From: a virus
Lineage: Duplodnaviria; Heunggongvirae; Uroviricota; Caudoviricetes
Length of the DNA stretch: 37,464 nucleotides
Virus record (IMG/VR): IMGVR_UViG_2541047680_000009
Span: 1 to 37,464 of that record
Direction: 5' to 3' (one strand)
In this document: in pieces, positions 18,207 to 24,645 of the stretch
How positions within the stretch are numbered: the stretch's first letter is position 1
How the letters are laid out: every line of letters begins with the position of its first letter
Translations under genes and position numbers: made by a program
Notes under the pieces: generated by a model
The model's database searches: none
What the model was told of the DNA's origin: nothing
What the model saw: only the letters and a program-made list of their open reading frames with translations

Positions 18207-18515
18207 TTACAAACGACTACCTGAAATGACACGTTGGTTGATTTCGTTAATGCGATCCTGTGCACGTGCCATCTCGTTACTGTGGGCCATAGCGATCTGC
18301 AGTAACTGGATGCCCGGCGCGAAACGCCCGTTTTCCAGTTTCAGGGCCAACCCTTCTTCAATGAGGGTGTTGAGTGCCCGGTTGATGTTTGCCGGTGACT
18401 CGTGCAGTGCTGCCGCCAGTTCACCGTTGGAAATACCGTTCAGGGCATGACCGCGCAGCGCTTTGAGTACCCGGAGGATGCGACTGCCGGAGCTTGAAAC
18501 ATTCGTCTTACTCAT
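18207..18515 (-). CDS. Winged-helix DNA-binding protein (IclR/MarR-like HTH), about 102 aa
   Basis: SRILRVLKALRGHALNGISNGELAAALHESPANINRALNTLIEEGLA matches the wHTH pattern of IclR N-domains; the ATG at 18515 has AAGAGG at appropriate spacing (the ATG at 18521 is too close to the RBS). Confidence 0.5.
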   Translation of the reverse strand: MSKTNVSSSGSRILRVLKALRGHALNGISNGELAAALHESPANINRALNTLIEEGLALKLENGRFAPGIQLLQIAMAHSNEMARAQDRINEINQRVISGSRL

Positions 18516-18567
18516 CTGCATACCTCTTTTGCGATATGTGATAACCTTTTACAAAGACTCAAAATCT

Positions 18568-18756
18568 TCAGGCTGCCTGAGCTGTTGATTTCAGCCCCAA
18601 CTTCACGGCGATTTCATGGGATTTACCGTAACGGGCTTTGGTCTGCCCATTGAGAACGCGGTATACCTCATTGCGGTTGTAGCCGTTTTCTTCTGCCCAG
18701 CGGGTGAAAGTGATCCCGCGCTGGCGGAAGAGAGCTTTGACTTGTTCTGCAGTCAT
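18568..18756 (-). CDS. Ner-like small DNA-binding regulator (first gene of the early operon)
   Basis: 62 aa; AAGGAG RBS 6 nt upstream; alignable with Mu Ner over the conserved core (V..A.L..R..S.....A...GY.....L...L.......G..IIA.AL); divergent from the repressor gene. Confidence 0.6.
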   Translation of the reverse strand: MTAEQVKALFRQRGITFTRWAEENGYNRNEVYRVLNGQTKARYGKSHEIAVKLGLKSTAQAA

Positions 18757-18856
18757 CGTTGTCTCCTTTGTTGATGCAATGATGTTTGCCTTATGTGTGA
18801 TAGATTATGGTGCAGATTACCTCACCAGTCAACTTAAAGAGTGCAGAAAAACTCAC
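18757..18856. promoter_or_regulatory. Divergent promoter/operator region between the repressor and the early (ner-like) operon
   Basis: 100-bp AT-rich intergenic region between the divergent starts; contains repeated AGATTA elements (gatAGATTAtggtgcAGATTAcc). Confidence 0.5.
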
Positions 18857-19195
18857 ATGATCGGGTTACGTATTAAAGAAGAAAGAGAGCGTCTATCTCT
18901 TACACAGCAAGGGTTGGCTGATGCTATAGGTGTGGCAAAGAGAACTTTCATTGATTGGGAAAAAGATCGCACTTCTCCTACTGCAGTGCAGTTATCTGCA
19001 CTATCAGAAATCGGTGTAGATATTTTGTATGTAGTTACTGGGGTGCGGAGTCAGCCTGTTGTTGCACCTTATGTGTCACAAGAAAAGAAAGAGTTAATGG
19101 ATGCATTCGACGAAATGAGCCCCGAACAACGGAGGGCAATTCTTGAGGTCGGCAAAGTCTTCATTCAACCCAAACCAAGCAAACTCGCAGGCTGA
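18857..19195 (+). CDS. Prophage repressor, XRE-family HTH (c repressor analogue)
   Basis: MIGLRIKEERERLSLTQQGLADAIGVAKRTFIDWEKDRTSP is a canonical XRE/Cro-C1 HTH; divergent from the early operon as for Mu c. The ORF track's longer N-terminal extension (from 18704) would overlap the ner-like gene and is rejected. Confidence 0.75.
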   Translation: MIGLRIKEERERLSLTQQGLADAIGVAKRTFIDWEKDRTSPTAVQLSALSEIGVDILYVVTGVRSQPVVAPYVSQEKKELMDAFDEMSPEQRRAILEVGKVFIQPKPSKLAG

Positions 19196-19280
19196 TTTTG
19201 ACCTGGACACAAAGGACAGGTGGTTGATCTGGATGCTTTCAGAAAACATCGCCAGTGACATAGTGGAAGTTGTTTGGTTT

Positions 19281-19313
19281 ACCGGAAAGCATTGTGCTTT
19301 CCGGTTTTGTTTC
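19281..19313 (+). terminator. Rho-independent terminator after the repressor gene (shared with the convergent Dam gene)
   Basis: 10-bp stem ACCGGAAAGC/GCTTTCCGGT with 5-nt loop followed by TTTTGTTTC. Confidence 0.65.
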
Positions 19314-20076
19314 AGAAGTTGCAGATTACCAGTTCACGGCGCGGCGTAGATTTCCCCGCCAGACTGTAGTTGATGTTCACTGTCTGTATGTTCAGTCCAG
19401 TGAACACCTCGCGCATCTGTGGGATATCGTTCACCGAAATTATCATTTTTCCTCTGATGCACCGGGCCAGCTCTGCCAGCCGCGAGTAGTTCCCTTCAGG
19501 AAAATCCACACCATAGCCTTCCGTACCCAGGTACGGTGGGTCGCAGTAGAACAGTGTGTGCGGACGATCATAACGCTCAATGCACTGTTGCCAGTCCATG
19601 TGTTCTATGACTGTTCTGGAAAGCCGCAGGTGTGCTGCTGACAGTTCTTCTTCAATACGCAGCAGGTTGAAGCGTGGCGGGGATGTGGTGGAGGTACCGA
19701 AGCTGTGCTCTGCCACCTTGCCGCCAAACGCCTGCTTCTGAAGGTAGTAGAACCGTGCCGCACGCTGGATATCCGTCAGTGTTTCTTCCGGGGTGATCTG
19801 CAGCCATTTGTAGATCTGACGGCTGACCAGCGCCCATTTGAACTGGCGGACAAATTCTTCCAGGTGATGCTTTACCACCCGGTACAGATTCACCAGTTCA
19901 CCGTTGATATCATTGATGACTTCGATCTTGCCGGGTGTCTTAAGAAAATAGAGCGCTGCTGCCCCACAAAACGGCTCCACATAACATTCATGCGCCGGAA
20001 ACAGCGGCAGGATGTGTTTTGCCAGGCGACGTTTGCCACCAATCCATGGAACGATGGGTAATGTCTTCATTTTCAT
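19312..20076 (-). CDS. DNA adenine methyltransferase, Dam family (D12 class N6-MTase), orphan
   Basis: Motifs WIGGKRRL (N-terminal), EPFCGAAA (AdoMet binding) and DPPY (catalytic) in the order typical of Dam; no adjacent restriction endonuclease. Alternative start at 20070. Confidence 0.85.
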   Translation of the reverse strand: MKMKTLPIVPWIGGKRRLAKHILPLFPAHECYVEPFCGAAALYFLKTPGKIEVINDINGELVNLYRVVKHHLEEFVRQFKWALVSRQIYKWLQITPEETLTDIQRAARFYYLQKQAFGGKVAEHSFGTSTTSPPRFNLLRIEEELSAAHLRLSRTVIEHMDWQQCIERYDRPHTLFYCDPPYLGTEGYGVDFPEGNYSRLAELARCIRGKMIISVNDIPQMREVFTGLNIQTVNINYSLAGKSTPRRELVICNF

Positions 20077-20117
20077 AATCTGTAAGCCTTTTACAATTAT
20101 TAAAAATATGGCAGGCT

Positions 20118-20211
20118 AGTCTGGTCTCGCGAGACTGACTGAACCTCGGTCGGCTCACAGCCACTTCTGTGGGACGATGGCCAGCCCGGTGGGTCCGAAG
20201 CACCGGGCTGG
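20118..20211. other. Structured intergenic region upstream of the Dam gene: perfect 12-bp palindrome GTCTCGCGAGAC (20124-20135) and an 11-bp-stem hairpin (20181-20211)
   Basis: Hairpin CCAGCCCGGTG-ggtccgaag-CACCGGGCTGG with perfect 11-bp stem; palindrome flanked by AGTC/GACT. Lies in the 191-nt gap between the 71-aa gene and the Dam gene. Confidence 0.5.
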
Positions 20212-20267
20212 TCGTTCTTTCATGATGCGGCAGGGATAGTGGGATTTCTGTTAATGTGGTTTAGGGA

Positions 20268-20483
20268 TTATCCGGGGCGATTTTCTGACCTTATCCGGTC
20301 CAGGGCATAAGTAATACCTTCTGCAAAAACAGAAGTATCAAACTGCTTTTGTATTCCCTGAAAATGAAAAGCGGCACGACAGACACTCAGTTCTCCGCGA
20401 TGTAACCGGATAATATCTTCCAGAACATTGTTCACTGCTTCAGCACGGCGCTGATGTTCTGTTAACGTTAATCGGGGATTCAT
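20268..20483 (-). CDS. Hypothetical protein (71 aa), part of the accessory module
   Basis: Strong RBS TAAGGAG 6 nt upstream of the ATG at 20483; no recognisable family (possibly small DNA-binding). Confidence 0.5.
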   Translation of the reverse strand: MNPRLTLTEHQRRAEAVNNVLEDIIRLHRGELSVCRAAFHFQGIQKQFDTSVFAEGITYALDRIRSENRPG

Positions 20484-20886
20484 GATGCACTCCTTAAATG
20501 ATGATTTTTATGCACTCACCGGCAAAATATTCTGCCGATTACTGAACACGCATCCGGCACCTCAGGTTTTGATTTATTCTGGTTTTTTCGATATCCCGGA
20601 CCAGGTTGATCACGACCAGAAAAAGTGCCGGTATTTTATTGATACGCTGATATGGCTTCGGGATAACAGCTATATTCGTTACTCTCAGTTGCTGGCTGTG
20701 GGAGCGGCTGATGTCGTCCTCACGGAAAAAACGCTCCGTCTGCTCAATGCCACGCCGACCCTTCTGCAGCCCCGGCCCGCACCATTTAAAGAGTCACTTC
20801 TGGATGCAGTAAAAACCGGTGAAAATGCAGTCATCGCTGAATGCGTATCCCGGATTATGCGTTACGTGTTTAATGAACGTAAGTGA
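20482..20886 (+). CDS. Hypothetical protein (134 aa), part of the accessory module; reality of this ORF uncertain
   Basis: 405-nt ORF filling the gap between two minus-strand genes; its ATG lies back to back with the 71-aa gene's ATG (2-nt overlap on opposite strands) and its 3' end overlaps the 247-aa gene by 25 nt; only a weak RBS (GGGGA). Confidence 0.35.
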   Translation: MMHSLNDDFYALTGKIFCRLLNTHPAPQVLIYSGFFDIPDQVDHDQKKCRYFIDTLIWLRDNSYIRYSQLLAVGAADVVLTEKTLRLLNATPTLLQPRPAPFKESLLDAVKTGENAVIAECVSRIMRYVFNERK

Positions 20887-21605
20887 GGTTTATCCGCTGT
20901 CTGCATAATCCCGATAGCCAGTGCGAGGGGAAGTAATTCCGGGGAAACTCTTTCAAACAGCGACTCCCATTCTCCTCTCGCCATCACTCTGTCCAGCCCG
21001 CCCCCCAGTTGCATTTCAGCAATCTTCCTGATTTCCCGGAACAACGCCGCTTTGATCTCTTCGTGCTCAGCTTTATTTTCCGGTGTCAGAATGTATTCGT
21101 CGAAGAACCGGGGAGGCTGGTTAACGGGGAGCGTGTTCACCGGGATGTGTTCCTGTTTCCCGTACTTCGGGGCAGAAAAACATTCTGTTGGCTGACCGGT
21201 GAGTTTACGTAGCTCCTTCATGAGCAGCTCCTGATCGTAAACTGTCATCAGTGCCGCAATGGTGGCATGCAGTGCATCGGGCAGTATCCAGGGTTGCCGG
21301 CCCGTGGGGCATATAACATCCAGCAGCTCATTCGTCCGACAGATACGCTCCTCGCCGTATGACAACAGGCCCTGTCCCGTGTATTCCTCCAGCCTGATCA
21401 CTGTGCCACCCCGTGGCTTCTGCCAGGTCGTCAGATCATCGCCACTCATACGCCGCTCATCATCTACGTCTGCAGCATCGACAATGACGCTGCCCCCGAA
21501 TTCCTGTTTCACCACTTCCTCTATCCGCGCCAATATGTAACTTTTACCGCTGCCCACAGGACCGGACACGGTGACAGTGATGACCGGATTCAGTGTCTGC
21601 GTCAT
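20862..21605 (-). CDS. P-loop NTPase of unknown function (247 aa)
   Basis: Walker A GPVGSGKS at residues 15-22 followed by a hydrophobic strand ending in acidic residues (VIVDAADVDDE, Walker B-like); about 150-aa C-terminal domain with no motif I recognise; GAGGAG RBS 7 nt upstream; divergent from the late operon. Confidence 0.6.
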   Translation of the reverse strand: MTQTLNPVITVTVSGPVGSGKSYILARIEEVVKQEFGGSVIVDAADVDDERRMSGDDLTTWQKPRGGTVIRLEEYTGQGLLSYGEERICRTNELLDVICPTGRQPWILPDALHATIAALMTVYDQELLMKELRKLTGQPTECFSAPKYGKQEHIPVNTLPVNQPPRFFDEYILTPENKAEHEEIKAALFREIRKIAEMQLGGGLDRVMARGEWESLFERVSPELLPLALAIGIMQTADKPHLRSLNT

Positions 21606-21709
21606 ATCGTATTCTCCTCTGTGAATAATTCATCGTTTATCCTGCACATCCCGTATCCCCGGCTCTCTTAACGCGCTTTAAAATCCTTCGCGCCCTGTAT
21701 TTGTGATGC

Positions 21710-21732
21710 TGTCTCCACCAGACAAGGAGACA
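21710..21732 (+). promoter_or_regulatory. Hairpin sequestering the Shine-Dalgarno of the first late (holin) gene
   Basis: TGTCTCC (21710-21716) pairs perfectly with GGAGACA (21726-21732), loop 9 nt; the GGAG of the RBS is inside the 3' stem, 4 nt upstream of the ATG at 21736. Confidence 0.4.
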
Positions 21733-21735
21733 CAC

Positions 21736-22086
21736 ATGAAAAACCTGAAAAAATTCATTCCCCCTGTTAAAAAACCTCGCCTCAGCGGCTGGCTGCTGAC
21801 CTCAGTGCTGTTGCTGGGCACCATCGCTCTGGTCTCGCCACAGCAGTTGCCTGTTGTGATCTACAAGCTGGCACTCATCACGCTGGCAGCAGTGCTGGGT
21901 TACTGGCTTGACCGTTCGCTCTTCCCCAAAGCCCGTCCCGGTCAGTACCTGAAACATGACGACAGGCTGATGGCTGATGGGCGTTTCCCGGTACAGACCG
22001 GCCTTCACCTGGTGTTTTCTGCTGCGTTAATCCGCCGTGCACTGATTGTTGCAGCGGTCTGTCTGGCTGTTGCGATGGGGCTTTAA
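21736..22086 (+). CDS. Putative holin (3 TM helices)
   Basis: 116 aa from the ATG with AAGGAG RBS; three hydrophobic helices; immediately precedes the endolysin gene. Confidence 0.5.
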   Translation: MKNLKKFIPPVKKPRLSGWLLTSVLLLGTIALVSPQQLPVVIYKLALITLAAVLGYWLDRSLFPKARPGQYLKHDDRLMADGRFPVQTGLHLVFSAALIRRALIVAAVCLAVAMGL

Positions 22087-22088
22087 TC

Positions 22089-22826
22089 ATGAACTGGCCG
22101 CAGATCACCTGGATTGTATGCATGTCCCTGAAACTGGCTTTCGAAGCCTTTAGGGTCTTCATCAGAACCGAACGCCTGTCAGTCCGCGCCGGGACCTTTC
22201 TGGTTCATATGGCACGGGTATTCTTTGTCGCAATGTTGCTCTGGTGTGGCGGCTTCTTCAGTCAGGCCCGCGCAGCGCAGCCTCCGCAGGCAGCGCTGCA
22301 GTATCGCGATGATGTGATCCGTAATGCCCGGCTTGAATGGGGACTGTCTGCGCCGGTGGCTGATTTCGCTGCGCAACTGCATCAGGAAAGCGGCTGGCGA
22401 CCTGATGCGATCTCGCCGGTTGGCGCTCAGGGACTGGCGCAGTTCATGCCCGCCACCGCCGACTGGATAAGTCAGTTGATGCCGGGGCTTAACAGCCGTG
22501 AGCCATTTAATCCGGCATGGGCCATCCGGGCGCTGGTCAGCTATGACCGCTGGCTGTGGCAGCGCGTCAGCGCCGCCAGTGACTGCGAGCGTATGGCCAT
22601 GACACTGTCGGGCTATAACGGTGGTCTGGGCTGGGTACAGCGGGACAGGCGGCTTGCATCACAAAAAGGGCTGGACAGCACCCGCTGGTTTGGTCATGTC
22701 GCCACGGTGAATGCCGGACGCAGCACTGCCAGCTGGCGGGAGAACCGTCATTATCCCCAGCGCATCCTGTTCACGCTGGCCCCGCGTTATCTCTCATGGG
22801 GAGGGGCAAGCTGTGTGGGTACGTAA
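22089..22826 (+). CDS. Endolysin, lytic transglycosylase (SLT domain), probably with N-terminal signal-anchor (SAR-like)
   Basis: Family-1 lytic transglycosylase catalytic motif LHQESGWRPDAISPVGAQGLAQFMP; hydrophobic N-terminal segment MARVFFVAMLLWCGGFF; alternative in-frame start at 22209. Confidence 0.8.
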   Translation: MNWPQITWIVCMSLKLAFEAFRVFIRTERLSVRAGTFLVHMARVFFVAMLLWCGGFFSQARAAQPPQAALQYRDDVIRNARLEWGLSAPVADFAAQLHQESGWRPDAISPVGAQGLAQFMPATADWISQLMPGLNSREPFNPAWAIRALVSYDRWLWQRVSAASDCERMAMTLSGYNGGLGWVQRDRRLASQKGLDSTRWFGHVATVNAGRSTASWRENRHYPQRILFTLAPRYLSWGGASCVGT

Positions 22827-23466
22827 GTTACGGTCGCTGCCGTGGCGGGTCATTATGCTGGCCATTCTCCTGAACACCTTCCTGCTGGCGATCTGGTGGC
22901 TGGGATACAGCACAGGCCACGACCGGGCCTCCGCTGACGGTCAGGCGGCGCTCAGCCGCCTGCAGGCGGATTTTGACGGATACCGGGCAGAACAGGCCCG
23001 GCGTGAGGTGGCGGCGTTGCGCGCATGGTCTGAGCGTTATCAGGAGCAGGTAGCCGCCGGGCAACGGGCTGAAGCTGGTTATCTTGAGCAGATTGCTCAA
23101 CTGGAGGACCAGAACAAACAACTACAGGGGCAAATTAACGATGTCACACAGCGCTGGATTGATGAAAAAGGTAAGAGCCATCCCATTGAGTGCGTGTTTA
23201 CTCGCGGTTTCGTGCGCCAGTACAACGCCGCACTCGGATACGACAACGCATCCGTCGACACCGGTCATTCAGACTCAGTTGCCGCCGCTGGCACCGGCAC
23301 TGGCGCAGCGACCGGGCAACCTGAAACCGCTGACGCCCGGTTACGCAATTCGGGTGTCTCCCAGCTTGACGTCCTTGCCAACATCATCGACAACGCAGGG
23401 CAATGTCGTCGCTGGCGAAACCAGATAAACGCGCTACTGGATGAACGGGAAGGATTACAGAAATGA
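22813..23466 (+). CDS. i-spanin (Rz-like): N-terminal TM anchor plus coiled-coil periplasmic domain
   Basis: GTG start with GGGGAGGGG RBS; TM segment WRVIMLAILLNTFLLAIWWLGY; Q/E/R-rich coiled coil; contains the nested o-spanin gene. Confidence 0.65.
   Translation: MWVRKLRSLPWRVIMLAILLNTFLLAIWWLGYSTGHDRASADGQAALSRLQADFDGYRAEQARREVAALRAWSERYQEQVAAGQRAEAGYLEQIAQLEDQNKQLQGQINDVTQRWIDEKGKSHPIECVFTRGFVRQYNAALGYDNASVDTGHSDSVAAAGTGTGAATGQPETADARLRNSGVSQLDVLANIIDNAGQCRRWRNQINALLDEREGLQK
23162..23428 (+). CDS. o-spanin (Rz1-like lipoprotein) embedded in the +1 frame of the i-spanin gene
   Basis: MKKVRAIPLSACLLAVSCAS (lipobox-like LSAC/AVSC) followed by a proline-rich mature region (PSTPVIQTQLPPLAPALAQRPGNLKPLTP); entirely nested within 22813-23466. 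Confidence 0.6.
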   Translation: MKKVRAIPLSACLLAVSCASTTPHSDTTTHPSTPVIQTQLPPLAPALAQRPGNLKPLTPGYAIRVSPSLTSLPTSSTTQGNVVAGETR

Positions 23467-23789
23467 CACTGCAGGTTGAATTCTGGACGGTGGTGAGTTT
23501 TTTGCTCACCTTCATGGGGTTTGTGGGAGGGCTCGCCAAATGGTTGTTCAGTAAAACAGAAGAACGCCAGGCGGCACGATTCGCCTCCCTTGAGCAGGCC
23601 CTGCAACAGTCCGCCTCCAACTGGGGCGAACTGGAAAAAGAATTTATGCGATTTAAAGCGGATTTACCGCTGAATTATGTCCGTCGCGAGGATTATATCC
23701 GTGGCCAGACAGTCATCGAGGCCAAACTGGACGCGCTCTACAACAAACTGGAAGTGGTACAGCAGTACCGCAATACCGGAGGTCAATAA
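23463..23789 (+). CDS. Small membrane protein (108 aa), unknown function (lysis-associated?)
   Basis: N-terminal TM helix FWTVVSFLLTFMGFVGGLAKWLF; start overlaps the spanin stop. Confidence 0.5.
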   Translation: MTLQVEFWTVVSFLLTFMGFVGGLAKWLFSKTEERQAARFASLEQALQQSASNWGELEKEFMRFKADLPLNYVRREDYIRGQTVIEAKLDALYNKLEVVQQYRNTGGQ

Positions 23790-24100
23790 TGGTCGATATT
23801 ACCCGGGTACGCCGCGAATCCCTGCGCTGGAGTCTGCTGGTTGCCCTGAACAAAACCCGCCCTTATACCGCCAGCGAGACGCTGCTGCTGGAAGTGTCCC
23901 GCGCCATCTACCCGGACACCACGCAACTGGAGCTGCGCCGTGAGCTTGATTACCTGGCAGATCGCAAGATGGTGGAACTGGAGAAGAGGCCTTCCGGTGA
24001 CTGGTTTGCCGATCTGAGTCGCCTTGGTGTGGATATTGTGGAATACACCGTGGAATGCGGCCCCGGTATTGCCCGCCCGGAAAAATACTGGAGTGAGTGA
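23789..24100 (+). CDS. Hypothetical protein (103 aa)
   Basis: Translationally coupled on both sides (start overlaps upstream stop; ATGA overlap with downstream gene). Confidence 0.5.
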   Translation: MVDITRVRRESLRWSLLVALNKTRPYTASETLLLEVSRAIYPDTTQLELRRELDYLADRKMVELEKRPSGDWFADLSRLGVDIVEYTVECGPGIARPEKYWSE

Positions 24101-24645
24101 TTATGGGACGTCGCAGCAGCATTGATTCTCTGCCGAAGGAGGTCCGTCGCTGGCTTGAGCGGGCACTGACGGAGAATAATTTCACCGGCTATGCAGAGCT
24201 TGAAAGTCTGTTGAAGGAAAAGGGGTACAGCATCACCCGCTCTTCCCTGCAGCGGTTTGGCTACAAAATGGAGCAGCAACTGGCCCGGGTGCGGGCGGCA
24301 ACCGAGGCAGCGCGTCTGCTTGCCCGGGAGGCCGGAGACGATCCTGATGACCGTTCAGCCGGGCTGATAACCCTCGTCCAGACCGAAATGATGGATATCC
24401 TGATGCGCCTGCAGGAGTCGCGGGAAAACGACGATCCCTTCGCCCGGGCAAAACTGCTGGCAACGGCTTCAAAAAATATCGCCACACTGACCCGCGCCTC
24501 GGTCAACCTCAAGCGCTATCAGGCAGAAGTCAGAGAGAGGGTTGAACGTGCTGCCGCTGCCGCCGAGAAAATTGCCCGTAAGGGCGGGCTCTCTGCGGAA
24601 GCCGTACAGGCACTGCGCCGGGAAATTCTGGGGGTGGTATCATGA
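24097..24645 (+). CDS. Terminase small subunit-like protein (Mu gp27 / DUF3486 family)
   Basis: N-terminus MGRRSSIDSLPKEVRRWLERAL... matches the Mu gp27 signature (MGRKSSID.LP.E.R); immediately upstream of the large terminase. Confidence 0.75.
   Translation: MIMGRRSSIDSLPKEVRRWLERALTENNFTGYAELESLLKEKGYSITRSSLQRFGYKMEQQLARVRAATEAARLLAREAGDDPDDRSAGLITLVQTEMMDILMRLQESRENDDPFARAKLLATASKNIATLTRASVNLKRYQAEVRERVERAAAAAEKIARKGGLSAEAVQALRREILGVVS

Noticed and set aside
18704-18856. N-terminal extension of the repressor ORF (track start 18704, MKVIPRWRK...)
   Set aside because: Would overlap the divergent ner-like gene and the operator region; the canonical XRE HTH begins at the ATG at 18857.
9959-21605. 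Interpretation of the minus-strand early arm as a recent inversion of a colinear Mu-like genome
   Set aside because: The terminator shared by the repressor and Dam genes, and the intact divergent promoter region upstream of the late operon, look like a native arrangement rather than a fresh breakpoint; cannot be excluded without related genomes.
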